A DNA stretch of 41,608 nt, from contig JAHLWZ010000324.1 in NCBI GenBank assembly GCA_020536535.1, positions 1-41,608 on the forward strand. The letters are read 5' to 3'. Positions 25,171 to 38,383 of the stretch are shown in pieces. Position 1 is the stretch's first letter. Every line of letters starts with the position of its first letter. The notes under the pieces are model-generated. The model saw only the letters and a program-made list of their open reading frames with translations. It ran no database searches and was not told where the DNA came from. Source of the stretch: Pelomyxa schiedti. Lineage: Eukaryota > Protista > Evosea. The translations under genes and the position numbers were made by a program.

Positions 25171-28100
25171 ATGGCAGACGACGTGGAAGCTGGTACTCGC
25201 GACTACGACGCGCATCGCCGCAACCACCATCGCCACGCCCATCGCCACCACCGTCGAGACAGCGACGACGAGCCCTCAGCTCTCCTGACCACTCATCTCC
25301 TCCCCGCCAATGGGTCGCCGTCCCTCGACTCCGAGGAGGCCGAGGACGGGGGCAAGAGTACCACCACGACGGCGGCCGCCGCCACGCCCCCGTCTCCACG
25401 CAAACACCACCGGAGGCAAGCCCACGACGCCGCCGACAACTCAGCAACTGCAACCCCCACATCCACATCCACGTCCACGTCCACAACCACAACCACTTCT
25501 ACGTCCGAGATTGCCCCGTCGCCCAGCACAAGCCCCGCCCCCTGCAAGACGGCGTCAGCAGCCCCACGCAGCAGGGCGGCAAGCGGGGGCGGCGGCGGGG
25601 GCGGGGGCGGGAGCGGCCCGGGCGAGAAGGCGGAGCCGCCCAAGTCTGTGGCGGCGCCAGAGTGGCGGACCAAGTGGGACGTGGACTACATATGCCGGTG
25701 CTGCAAGTGCTTCGGCCGGCGGGCGGGCACGGGGCCGTGCACCAGCAGCGAGCTGTACTGCTGGTCCCTGCACCGCGCCGTGTGCCGCAGGGACTACGAC
25801 GCCGCCTCGCGCCTGCTGTCCTTCGTGCCCCCAGAGCACGCGGTCAGCGTCAACAACACCGCCGCCTCTGGTTCCAGCGCCAATGACGGCGACGAGGGGA
25901 ATCAAATCGGCGCTCTGGGGGAGAGTCCCGTGTCTTCTACTCTTTCTTCTTCTTCTACTTCTACTACTACCACCTCTACTTCGACTTCTTCTTCTACTGC
26001 TGCTGCTGATGGAAGCCGTGAATCGACTCAGTCTGCGGAGCAATGTGGTATCAGTGCTCAGGTTGCATCACCGTCACCACCTTCTGTTAAGAACAACGCA
26101 GTCCTTCCGTGCATCCCAAGGCAATTGACGCACAGCTCGCATGCTATTCTGCCTTCATCAAGCTCACCAAACCTGCAGTCTTCTCTGTCAACCGCGACTG
26201 ATGCAACTAACACGGATCGTCACAGTGACCCTGGTGAAATAACTGACAGTGAAGACTCTGATTCACATGAAAGTGATCACTCCAGTTCTTCAGATGAAGA
26301 GCGCGACGTTCATCCCCCGTCAGCCGGTCATCCAGGGGGTAGCAAAGTACCTGAGAACGTTATTTCCAAAGCAACTGTAACAACTAGTCCAACAAAACCG
26401 ACTACTGTGTCCCCAGCAACTACCTCAACTCACTGTGGAATTATTGTTCCAGAAAATGAGGCGTGGAGATGGAGTGCGCATCACCATGGTATAAATTCTA
26501 AAGATCATCATGGTATTCCTGCATTACACTATGCCATTCATCTTCGTGACTTAAAAATGACGAAACTTTTACTTGCCCATGTAAGGAGGAGGCATACTCA
26601 AACCATTTAATCTCAGAGTAGGGTGCAAGTCCTTCAACCAAAAACTTTGGGGGGTGGTCTGCTGTCCATGAGGCGATAGCTGCTAAAGATAGGCAAATTC
26701 TGCAACTTGTGATGCAAGCTACCCATGCCAGGTTACAGTACATTAGCTCCTGAATGCTTACAGGTTATCCCAGATTCCACTCAGCATTTGCAAACAAAGC
26801 CAATGCACTGTTTGGTGCCCTTGAAACCGTAAGGGAGACGTTATTGAACCTAGCCCCCCAACCATTGCACACAGATTCCCGATTTCTATGTGGAAATGAC
26901 TTGGGAATTTCGGAGCTGGGTCCCTTTATTATCTAAATTTTGTCCTAGAGATAGGTACTGCTTTCCCGCTGCATTTTGCTTTTGTACTCAACTTTGGTAC
27001 AGTTATCGAATTTACAAAAGAGGCTCTTCATTTAGAGTTGACACTACTCTCATTGGATTTGGAAAAGTGCAGTGGGTCCGCGGAAACGTCTCATTCATCT
27101 TACTAGGGAAGGGACAAGGTTATTTCCCTTTTTCTCCTTGTTGGGTTGACTTTTTATTTTCCTCAGCAAATGCTGGCGATTTCGTTGTTGTTGATTGGGA
27201 TAACCATACAGTTAGTACTCTTATGAGTGCTTCCAACGATGTACCCTATGCCGACCTTGAAGATGCACGTAGACATTATTGAAGCAGGACTATTTCCAAC
27301 ACGTCAAACAGGAAGCGGATGGGCTTTTGACTCAGAATATAGCCACAACTGAAACCCCTGCCACCTTCTCTTTGCAACCTGTGCAATCCTGGTCCAAAAA
27401 ACTTCCAAAATATGAGCAAATAGGTACAAGAAAGAAATTTCTCAGGTTGTAACAAGTTCCAGGTCCGTGGAGAGCGCAACTGTTCCAGCTTTCCGATTTT
27501 GGTTTAAGAACCCACACCAGAAAGGTTGCGTTCTGTTTTTATTCCACTCAACCCCAACTCTCTTTCAGTGGGCCAAGAAAACAGTTAAAGACAAAACTTC
27601 AACACCAAAGGTACCCCCCAACCTCAAAAAGTAAGGATTCATATGTCCAGGCTATAACATCACTGACAATGACGGAGGAAGAGATGGAAATTCAAGAACA
27701 AAAAATTAAATCAACCCTGGCTGTGACAACCAAAATCCGAGATGTAGAAGTCAAGGTTTCTGAAAACTATTTTTCCCCTTTTCCCCACCATATTTTAGGA
27801 AACTATTTACGACAATGAATACTTTTCTGCGGCACCTTGTGACCATTGTAAAGGGTTAATGTATCCCTCCGAGTCAGTATCCCATAAATTCAGGGCTTAC
27901 AAGGTAGTTCCCGATCACATTAACCTCTTTCACACAATTCCCCTGTCACAAGCAAAAAAATTAAGTAAACGCTCCAAAAAGGGGACTGTGTGGCTCACCA
28001 GTGAATTCCCTCGCCAAGTCCGGGAGATATTGCCAATATTCGAAGTGCTCTCACCCACCAACAAGCATTTTGAACGACTCTGTAGTTTCATAAAGAACAA

Positions 28101-28313
28101 TCTTCCCGATCCGAACATGTTCCCCGTCAAACTTGGTTTGTAATAGAACACTAGAAACCACAACAAGCTTTTAACCTCCATTCAGAAGTTCCTGTATTCC
28201 CAACCATAAGTGGAATCGTTACCTTTGAGGTTTACAAGAACAACCCGGACTTGGACTGGTCCTCACTCTTCCAAATTCCCTCCACATTCACCCCCAAACA
28301 CAAGAAACTCTAA
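25171..28313 (+). CDS. ANKRD13: ANKRD13-family protein (ankyrin repeats + GPCR-chaperone domain) with long low-complexity N-terminus; multi-exon
   Basis: [97 protein letters not shown]; stop TAA 28311-28313. Confidence 0.9.
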
Positions 28314-28553
28314 GCACCTGTAGCACCAAATTTCCAAAACAATCAGAAAAATCTTTGCGATCTCTGCTTTTTCACTTTTGTCTTTTGGTTTCCAATCAGC
28401 AGCAGATCTGTTCACATAAATCCAGGAAAAAGAAAAAAATTGACCCCAAAACAAACACGACAAAGCGACGTCCGGTTTGAAAGGGGGGAAAAAAAAAAGA
28501 AAAAAAGAAAATAGGGCCGTGAGTAGGTAGGTGCTTTCGAAAACAAACCAAAA

Positions 28554-29849
28554 ATGAACGAGTACTTCATGAACATGGGGTTTTATTTGTTGCTTGTGTA
28601 CTCAACAGTGACCTTGGTCATTATCTTCCAAATCTCTAGGATCATTTACCACAAGTATTTTTCTCTTTTTTTTTTCCTTTTTTTCTTTTTCTTCGTTTAA
28701 CCATGGATAAGGCATGACTTATTTTCACTGGCTAATCGGTTCTTTCTTCTTTGCCTCGTTTGGTGTCTACTTCGGGATTTATTCTTTGCCGATATCGAAT
28801 TTTGGCTAAATACATGTGCTTACATGGTGATTTATGGGTGCAACACAAACACAATACTTAATTGTAAACCCTCTTTTCTTTTCTGATTCCTTTCTCAAAG
28901 ACTCCCCATGATCATCCAGTTCAGCACCTTTTCTTTACTCGTCTACTACTTTGCCAGTGGTGCTCACTATGCTTCATGGGAAGCAAAAACAAGGAAAATT
29001 GCACTGACTAGTTACATATCTGCAAATATCTTCTTCTTTATTACCCTGAATGGTTGGTATCCTTCTCTGGTGAACCCCTCCTAATGCCACCACCAGTTCT
29101 TTTTGCGATGTCCATTTATTACTGGTTTGAATATCCCAGCAGCAGCAGCCAAAGCATGGGGAGTAATAGCACAAGCATCAGTGAAGTTGTGGAAGTTGCT
29201 CCAGTATGGCTGGAACCTCTCGTGGACTCTTTTTATGGTCTTATGTTCTTTGTTCTCGTTGTAGTCCTTCTCTGCTACGGAATTATGATAAGAAACCTTC
29301 ATGTAGCTCTTTCTCCTACCCAAGTTTACTGCTTAGTCTCTTGTAGAGCCCCAACTTCCCGCCTTCACCTACAACATTCACCATGTTCATTGTCTCCATG
29401 GTGATATTTGTTATCTTTACTACCAGAAGCCTATGGGACATACTAGAAGCTGTTCCAAGCTTTACCCTTCTCACCATTGATGAGGTTCCTGCTCGCTTCC
29501 TTTAAATATAACTAATTCAAGAAGGGCACCGTTATGCAAATTATTGCCCAATCCTTACTATTTGTCTGGTGGGAGATAGTCCCAATATCACTTGTGCTTC
29601 TTCTATTCTGGAGAGTAAGCAATACCCGGCTCTTTTCTTCATTCAAGAACATAACACTATTACAGATACCATCACATGCTGTTAGAGAGCCAACCAAACA
29701 ACACCGCCCATATATAGGAGCCCTCCCTGAAGAATCATCTTACGGTAATTTTCCTTCCCAACATTCCATAGGTTAACGCACAACAAGGAATACCATCCAC
29801 ACGAGTCAAGAGCGAATCAGAGAGATTGCTTGTCAACCCAGACGCCTAA
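28554..29849 (+). CDS. GPR137/TM7SF1-like (THH1/TOM1 superfamily) seven-TM protein; multi-exon
   Basis: FFLLCLVWCLLRDLFF, PMIIQFSTFSLLVYYFA, FTTRSLWD, WEIVPISLVLLLFWR; about seven hydrophobic segments; stop TAA 29847-29849. Confidence 0.8.
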
Positions 29850-30272
29850 GGTTTCAATTTTGTTATTCTGTAAAAATCCCTGAACTGTTTATTGGAATCG
29901 GCCCACTGTCTGTGCCAGTAAATTTCCAAAATTCACTCTGCTCCATGTTGGGGTCGTTTATCAATGTTCTGAGTGTCGCTTGATGGTCTTTTTTTTTTGT
30001 TTCTTGTGTGCGACTTCTTAATAAATGCAAGTCGGAGGATCCCCAATCACTGTTTCAAAAGACACCCGATTCTTCAAAGAAGAATCCTTTTGATTTTGGC
30101 GTCAACGACTGTCCCCCTACAAGTACCCCACAACACAAACACAACAACAAAACCAACTTGTGGGATACGTGGTGGCCTCGTTTGTGACGGCCGTTGTCAA
30201 GACAACGAGAAAGAACCAACACCCTCATCGACACCAAGCAACAGCCCAAGCAATAAAACACAACCCACAAGT

Positions 30273-32114
30273 ATGCAAGGCCGGTTTTTCTCGTTCCTCA
30301 AGACCGCCAACACCGCGGTGCAGGACAAGGCCAAGCAAGCACTGCTGCAAGCCCAGCAGGCGGCCCAAAAGGCCCAAGTGGTAGCCCAGGACGCCCTCAA
30401 GGCCGTCCCTGCCCCGCCCCCGACGACCCTCGCTACGATTGCTGCTGCTACTGCTGCGCCGTCCCCCTCAAAGGACCAAGGGGACTCGGTGCCAAATCAG
30501 GCCGAGCAGGCGCAAGCCACAACACCGGCGGAGCAGAAGGAAAAGGCGGCCGAGGCCGAGATTGGAAAGGAGAAGGAGAAGGAAAAGGAAAAGGAGAGGG
30601 AGAAGGAGAAGGAGGGGACTGGGAGCGATGTTGTTGTTGGGGACATGGGGAGTGGTGTGACTGTGCAGAGCAAGGAGGAGGGGCCTGGAAGTGTCGTGAA
30701 AAGTGATGGTGATACAGCTTCTACATCGTCTACTTCTGCTTCTGCTGCTGCTGCTACTACTACTACTACCACTACTACTAGTACTTCGAGTTCGTCTGGT
30801 TCTTTGGGAAGTTCGGGAGGGCTAAGCACACCGGTGAAAAAGCAACCCAGTTTGCCTTCAATTGGTTTTCCTGCTATTTTTTCTCCAAGCGGACTCGTTG
30901 CGGCCGCCAATGCAGCTTCTTCTGTTGCAACTACAGCTGCTAACAAAACTGCTGGACTGTTTTCTTCTGCTACAGCAAAGGACATCACTGCTATATCACT
31001 CAGTTTGTTTCCCTGCCCCATATATTTTTTCCATATGAAGTGTTTGACGGTTCATCATATTTTAAACTTTTTTAAAAATAATAACAAAAACGAGCAGCTA
31101 CCTTCAATCAGTTGATCGACACCTCAACGATTCCTCCTGATTTGATTTCGGGTGTAAACCTACTTGCTGGAAGAGAGCTGTTGGATCATAACAGAGTCAA
31201 AGTATGCTACAGATGAAGAAATTACCACCTTTTCCCCTAAACATCTAGGCTGGTGAAATTCGAGCAGGCCACCAGCGCATTGGTGCCATGATTGATGATG
31301 TTGAAGCTAAATATCCCCTTATAATGAGTCGGAGAAAAACGGAGATCAATGCCTTCCAAGCACTACACAAGGAGCTTCTTACCCTTCCAACAATAATGAA
31401 TACACTCTCACAAATGCGCACAAGAGTTGTGGTATGGAAACTTACTTTCTCTACACCAATAGAGTTTTATTAAGTATTTCCAACGTAATATCTGTATTAA
31501 TTTTACTACAGAATATAATGACGAAATGCCAAGCACTTGAAGAGGAGGCAACCAAGTGGAACGAGAATGTGGCAGCGGCAGAATTTAACGCATGGAAAGG
31601 AATTCAGCTCAACGAAGTTGCCAAATACCAGAAGCTGAAGCAAATACAACTAGCAGAGCAAGAGCAGGAGTACATCAAAATCCAAGCCCGCAAAGAAGCC
31701 GACGAGAAGCGGCTGCACCAACTTCACCTCCAGCACGAGAGGCAAGCCGAGCTGCTCAAGCAGCGCCAGCAGCAGCCACAGTCCCAGCTGAAGCAGCAGC
31801 AACCACTCCTAGCTCATGCAGAGGAGTCCACGGCCGCCCCCGCCCCTGCTCCTGCTGCCACTGGCATCACGCTGCCTTCTCTGGACCAGTTTCTCCCCGC
31901 TCCGCCCACACAGAGTTCTGAATCAGCACTGGAGCAGGTTACTCTGGAGCAGGACAATGCGGCTCTGGAGGCACTATTCTCTAAGGCTGGGGGTGTGTCC
32001 TCATCCCCGTTTCCGCCGGGAACCCCTACAATTGGTGACCCGCAGCCCAAGGAAGAGGATGACCAGCCTGCTCCTAAAATTCTTCCTGTCATAGATGAAC
32101 CTGACAATGTCTGA
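30273..32114 (+). CDS. Dysbindin-like (BLOC-1 subunit DTNBP1) coiled-coil protein with low-complexity extensions; multi-exon
   Basis: VNLLAGRELL...LHKELLTLPTIMNTLSQM...AEFNAWKGIQLNEVAKYQKLKQIQL resembles the dysbindin core (AGLELL...LQQLPALIADL...QLENYKKNK); acidic C-terminus with SLDQFL. Confidence 0.65.
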
Positions 32115-32245
32115 TCACACACAACCAAACAAACACAAACAAACCTCATGTAATGCCTTGATAGAAAAGGGTCCTTCTCCTGTGCCCGTTTTTTCGTCTT
32201 TTTTCTTTTTTTTTTCTCTTTTCCCTGGTCGCGCTGATATGCAAA

Positions 32246-33199
32246 ATGGCATTGGCTCAGAACCGGTCCCATAATCAGGCAATTTACGGCGCCTCCACGT
32301 CGGGCAGCATCAGCTGCGTGCGATGGCTGTTGCGTCGTCACCATCACCACAACACCGATGCAACCAAAGGCAATTTTTGGGCCGCTGCCTCCCTCAAAGA
32401 TTGCGTCGTGGTGCTAAAGGGACTGTGCGTGGGCGGGCACCTCGACTCGGCAAAAAGCTTGATTATGGGATCTGGTGGCCCGCTACGCAATCCGCTTCTA
32501 CGACTAGTTCTATGTCCAATTTTAATTATGGTTACGACAATGCAAGAATGGGGAGAGAATTGGTAAGAAAGAGTGACATACTGTCAAAAGTATGCTGTAA
32601 CAGCACCAGAAGAGATATTACAATGGCTAATGGACAATTTCGGATTCACTGACATGTGGGAGTTTGGTCCCGCAATGAACGCGGCCTGCACAATTGGATC
32701 ATTGGGAGTGATGAAATTCCTGGTGGAGAAATTCCCGAGTTTGGATGAGATGGCATACCCGGCGTATGATTTTTCTGCACTTGACTCAGGAAAGGTGGAG
32801 GCGTTCAAGTGGGCATTGGCGACATTCCCGGTGTCAATTCGTAGAAAAGAAAAGGTTTTGGAGAAACTCTCTCACAAAATAGTGACAGGTGACTTCTTGG
32901 ATTGGCTTTTTTCGGCTGGAGGCTTCTCTTTGCCTCAGCGGCACCAGGTTCTTCCTCTTCTTGCAAAAGAGTCTTTCAGTATTGAAGCAACGCAATGGTT
33001 TATAAGAAATAATCTCGCGCCTCGTTCTTGGAACTACTCAATAAAGTGGGCAACTGGCCTTGTACAGTGGTTAGTGCAAGATCAGCACATTTCCATAACT
33101 CCTTCTTGCTTTTTAAATGCGTGTTTTTCAAGTAACTTGCCACTTATCCAGTGGATTGAATCACAGGTCAATATGGCTAGTAGAGAAGTCCGGGCTTGA
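32246..33199 (+). pseudogene. Ankyrin-like degenerate repeat ORF, apparently disrupted by frameshifts or an in-frame stop
   Basis: Motifs GSISCVRWLL, GLCVGGHLDSAK, ACTIGSLGVMKFLVEKF, ACFSSNLPLIQW. In-frame TAA at 32564-32566 with no usable intron; the best-looking sequence switches frame around 32470-32610. Confidence 0.5.
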
Positions 33200-33459
33200 T
33201 AAAAGTGATGTAAGCCTCCCATATCAAAAAACCCAAGATTGAAAGTATGGCCACACACTGAACCCACCCGTCCCCACTTGAGACCTTTGTCTATCTGTGC
33301 CTACATGTCACTTTCATCCGCTGGTACATTCCACCAGCTTTTGTTGACTCATTAAGCCCAGAGGGTGAAAATTATGCCCGTTGTACCCCCCTAGGTCCGT
33401 CCATGGACAAAATGTTTATGGCAAAACACTAAAGCAAGGGAATGTTTGTTTTTTTTTTT

Positions 33460-34450
33460 TCAAAGGCAACTTTCTGGTAAAGGCAACACAACTTGCTTAG
33501 GTTCTGTGGTGTTTTCTGTTTTGGGTGTGGAGAGTATGGGAATGGAGTCTTTTGAGTCTTGAGGTAGGTTGTGGGAGGGGTACAGAGAGACAGCCTTGAT
33601 AAAGGTATCAACAATCCACATTTGAATGATGTTGATCATGACCGGACACACAACCATCACTGAAATTAAGAACAGGTCTGGATAGCCCCTGAAGGGATAT
33701 GCCTTTGTTATGTTGTCACTGGTTGTAGTGTCCTGCAGAAGATACAAACCACCCAATAGCAGAGTTTCCCCAAGGGATGTCTCAGGGAATATAAGATAAC
33801 ACCATCCACGAAACGAGAAAAGATAACAACAACAGCCCACACTGAAATCTAAATGATGTTACATTTTTAAAAAAAGATACCTGTCAAAAAGCTCAACTTG
33901 GATAAAAAACCGTTTGTACGATACTGGGTTCCCATAGTTTCCAGATTCCTTCAGATGGGTCAAGTCGTATCTGTGGGCAACATATGTGACAGAGCGCAAT
34001 AGCAGATAAGATAACAGTGTGCCAAAAGTAGTATCCAAAACGACTACAACAGTTAAATCCGGATGGAATGACCCATGAAGAAGGCCAAGGGAAATACAGG
34101 TGATAAAATACCAAGCGCATTGATCATTTCCAGCATCCTTGGTGCTAACGAAAATGGCTATGGTGAGGCCTGCGAGATGGGAACAAAGTGCTGCAACGAC
34201 ATTCTTCGAAGTGTCAAGGATGAAGACTTGCCACTTTCTTCTTGGTGTCTCTCCAAACCGCTTCAATACAAGCGATCCAAGGGCTGTGTAAAATGACAGA
34301 AAGAAATACGGGGGGGAAAAAAAAAAGGAAAGAAAAATAGTCCGACATGAGAGTGCGCCGGATACCAATAACCCCAAGTAGACCTTGCACTAGATACGCA
34401 AATACACCACTAAGCAGCTTGCACGTTGCAACGTCACCCCCGACACCCAT
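33460..34450 (-). CDS. STIMATE/TMEM110 (DUF3661, yeast YPL162C-like) membrane protein; multi-exon
   Basis: CKLLSGVFAYLVQGLLG, LVLKRFGETPRRKWQVFILDTSK, QCAWYFI, LDTTFG, SGNYGNP, VMVVCPVMINIIQMWIVDTFIK. Confidence 0.9.
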
Positions 34451-34640
34451 CACTGCAACAAGTCGATGGTCATAGATTAAAAAAGGATTCTGAGGAGACA
34501 AGATCAAGAACTTGTTTGAAAGGTTGGCAACACAATTTGCCTGCCTGGCCTTTTCGTCCCTGGCAATAGTTTATTCATTATACTCAAAATTTGGATGGGT
34601 GAATGTACACGTGGGTGTGAGGGTGTAGTAGGGGCATGGG

Positions 34641-36933
34641 CTAGATCTTGTGGTGTGTGCTGGTACCATCTGCTGGATTGTGGTGTCTGGGAGATTTGTG
34701 GCTTATTGTTACATTGATGAGATGGTGGTGTTTGGATGGTGGCGATCTCGAAGGGGGTGGAACTTCAATCACCACAGGATTGGCGGTGGTGAGTGCAAGT
34801 TGCAGGTTGAGATCCGCGGGGGATCTGGCTTTGGTATACTTGGCAACGAGGTCTGGTGGCATGAATTTGGGTATGTGCACATTTTTGCAAGTGCTACCGA
34901 AATGGCACTCGTTAATTTGATGAAACTGGCACACTGGAACTCCACTCTGCAGTAAAGATAGTGTCTTAGCGATTTTATCTTGGTTTAATTCATGGTAGAG
35001 GTTCATGAATTCCAAGTAGACTCCTTCTACCTGGAATATTGTTTACAGAGGGAAAAAGCTAGAAGGACTGAACCTGCACTGAGTCATGACGTAACAGCTC
35101 CAATTTGTCCTTGAATTTTTCAAATTCTTCCAGGAAATTGGATTTGATGTGGGAGATGAGTTTTGCTGCTTCCAAAATGTATTCTGACGCCTTCCCTAAA
35201 TCCTTTGGGGCACCTTTGCCAATTTCATACAGAGAAGCTATCTCAACAAGCAAGCAATATCGTTGCCATCTGGAGTATTGCTTCCTATCCCATGCTTGAT
35301 TAACCTTTTCTGCATCAGGAAGTTATTGCATTAATCATCTTATACCTTTGTGTGCATGCTTATGGGAACTTTACCCATAATCTCAGAATACCTCAGAACT
35401 TTTTTCAGAGATTTTGTGGCCAAAACAAATAGTGGGGGAACAGATTCATTGGAAATTTGAAGTTCCTGGAGCTTCTCTTCAAAGTATTCCCTTTCTCTCA
35501 GTTCCTCACATTGGCGATTGAAATTGTGGTGGAAGTCATTCAATTTGCTCAGGTATTTGCATGCCTAGTACTGAATAAATTGGTACATCTGTTCTAAATC
35601 ACTCTTACCTTAGGAGAAGCACCGAGTTGTATCAGCTGCTCCAGTTTGGATTTGTAGTTGCAGTAGTGACTAAATATAAATGGATCTGGCTTTTCTCCAG
35701 CACAATGAATCTTGGCCGCCTCTATTGTCCATCTGGTGGCTTCAGCTAGGTCTCGTTTTACACCATTACCATTTTTATATTTGGATGCTAAAGAAAGAAA
35801 TACTGGCTCTCTTTGTGAAGGTGTATACATTTTCCTGTTCCAAGCACGGTTGATCTAGGAAAACGTCAACAACAAAAGAGGTTTTGAGGTCAACTCACTA
35901 TTCTACCTGTTTGTGCATAATTTCTGGAACCGCGTCAAGCACATACCGAAGAGAAGTCACTCGCTTTAACTCCTTTGCAGCCAGTACAAATAATGGAGGA
36001 ACAACTTCAGTGCATATCTGCTGCTCCTCAAGACTTTCTTGAAATAATTGCTGCCGGATGAAGTCATCACAGGCTATTCTCTGCTGTGAAAATTCGTCTC
36101 TATTTTTTAGCATCTTTGACGAGGTCCAAGGTAAGGTATGGAAGTTTGCCCCTGTACTCCAATAATAAGTGCCAAATAGTAGAAGGTTATCCTACCAGCT
36201 TTCACCAGTAACTGGACAATAGCAAGATGCCCCAAGTCAGCAGCTATGTGAAGGGCAGATGCGTTCGGGGCTAGCTGGGTTACATCTAAAGCCGCACCCA
36301 GTTGTAGCATCGCACAAACTAAATTGGTATCTCCATTCCGAACGTGCTCCAATAAAGGAGGTTCCGTTTGCGTGAACCATGTATTCATGGAGAATGGCCT
36401 CCAGCTCCGACCCATCCTTGCATTGGAGCTGTACACCAGTTTTTTGACAAAGAATACTAAGTCATCACACGGGCTTGACTGTAGGCAAAGCAAGTACTTC
36501 AGATCACATGGTAGTGGCTCATTTAACTCATCCTGAAGAAGCAACCGAGCGGCGGCCAAATCAGGATCAGAGGCACCCATGCTGATTGGGGGAAGCACAC
36601 CATCGTCCACTACAACTTCCTCACTTGTTTGATGGAGCCTGGCCATGAACTCATCCGGGGATAGTGCAACGGCTCTCTAGACAATGTAGCCTTTAGTGCA
36701 TCAATAAAGCCACGACAACCCTACCAACAACAAACAAGCAAGTACAACAAAGCAACAACCTTGAGCTGTTCCATCACGTTAGGGTCATCATCGTTCTTGA
36801 CGACATATTTCCCCAACAACAAAGCAACAGCGGCGTGAATCCTCACAGCTCGGGTGTTCAGCCTTGTTCTGCACAAAGCCAACAAGGAAGAGGGTCTGCC
36901 ATCTTGCGCTACTCGGGGCCGACCTCGTTCCAT
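34641..36933 (-). CDS. Multidomain protein: BC-box-like motif, ankyrin repeats, two tandem [BC-box-like + SEL1-like] units, CCCH zinc finger; multi-exon
   Basis: PSSLLALCRTRL; SALHIAADLGHLAIVQLLVKAG; VPPLFVLAAKEL and VPPLFVLATKSL; LASKYKNGNGVKRDLAEATRW and IASLYEIGKGAPKDLGKASEY; CQFHQINECHFGSTCKNVH (C-x7-C-x5-C-x3-H). Confidence 0.72.
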
Positions 36934-36981
36934 CAAATTGCACGTACAGCTTTGTTTTTTTGATCACAATTAACTTTCGCA

Positions 36982-38383
36982 ATGCAGACAAACGCCGTGC
37001 TGATGATCGTCGCTCATAGTGGCTTCCTTGGCCCACGTGACTTGGTGTGTGGCTTATGCGCGTGCTGTAGGTCTCTTAGGGCATCATTGTTGGGGTGCCA
37101 CGCGGTGTGGGTGGCTGCAGTTGCATTGGCTGACGTCAGCTATCCAGGGGCAGCCTTTCTTGCTGTTGGTTGTGACTCGATAGCGCGAACGCAGGTGAGA
37201 ACCAAAAAACAACCTCAGCCTAGTCGACTTTGAGACTATGGACTCATATAATACGTATATTATCAAAGGGTGTCTTAGAGGCGAGAACCTGCACTTGCAT
37301 GAGGGCTGCGCAGCACTGGCTAGTAATGAAGTCGTTTTGTGGCATCCACACACTAGTAATGCAGGATGACGTGCGCACTCCATTCAATATGAGGAATAAA
37401 GTGCGAGATCAGTACCTTGAGTTGACTTTGGAAAACTTGCGCTTCAGCCAGTCTGACTGCTACCAGATACTCGCCAGAGCTAGGCTTTGGGAGAACATTG
37501 CTAATAAGCCTGTGGAAAGATCTCTGGTTAACTTCAGAGACTTTTTAAAATTCCACTCTAACAATTCAAAGACGTGGAACATCTCTTGGACCCCGGGCCA
37601 TGTCCCTGGTATCTGTGTAAAAATACCAAACATACCGAACTCTAGCACTGACTATGCACTCAAGCCAATTCGCAGTGATCCATATGTACTGTTTTAGTAA
37701 AATGATGCCCAATAACGAACCAAAGCCAACAGGTCTACCTTGGGTCCGCAGCATCCCCATATGCTCTCCAATTTCAGAGTTATATTCCTACTATTTATCT
37801 TACTCTTGGAATCCCGCACCACTTATGGCTTCCTCACGGGGCTCTGATTGCATTACGAGTGCACAATGGCTCCTACTGCTCTGCATTTTCCAATTTAACC
37901 ACATCAACCGTACTTGGAGTACGCGAGGTGTTCAGTGTTGAGAGACCAAGCAACACAGCACATGCAAGGCCTGTGCACGGTGGCGTGGGGATTATACGCC
38001 TGCGGTGCCACAACGGCAACTACCTGACTGCACATTCAGATAGCACGGTATCATTTGACCGGCTCTGCCCAGAAGCACAACGAAGTTGCACAACACCGCA
38101 AGATTGGCACACAAGAATAATATCTCCACAAGCACGTTACAATGATGCCATGTTTCCACCCAGAAACAACTCGGAGTCAGAGTTCGTTTTCAAAAGCAAC
38201 TGCCCAGCAACACCCAACGATTACCTCACTGCTGCACCACCACCCTTGCCACACTCCACACAAGGCTACAAAAACTCTACAAGCCCCCACAAAAAAACAC
38301 CCAAGCAGAAGAAAGTGTGGCAGATGAGACTCACAGTCTCTATTGGAAAAAAAGACAGTTTCTTTGTCATCCCAGCAAACTAG
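36982..38383 (+). CDS. F-box-like protein with C-terminal fascin/beta-trefoil-like segments; multi-exon
   Basis: N-terminal VLMIVAHSGFLGPRDLVCGLCACCRSLR...VW (F-box pattern); IRLRCHNGNYLTA and FVFKSN...DYLTA resemble fascin-type repeats. Confidence 0.55.

Noticed and set aside
29053-29096. GTATCCTT resembling a U12-type donor
   Set aside because: The reading frame (FITLN-VLFAM) requires the upstream GTTGGT donor, and the duplicate copy has that G changed to T without breaking the frame.
32564-32566. In-frame TAA as stop-codon readthrough or a variant genetic code
   Set aside because: TAA, TAG and TGA all end conserved genes here; frameshift decay explains this locus better.
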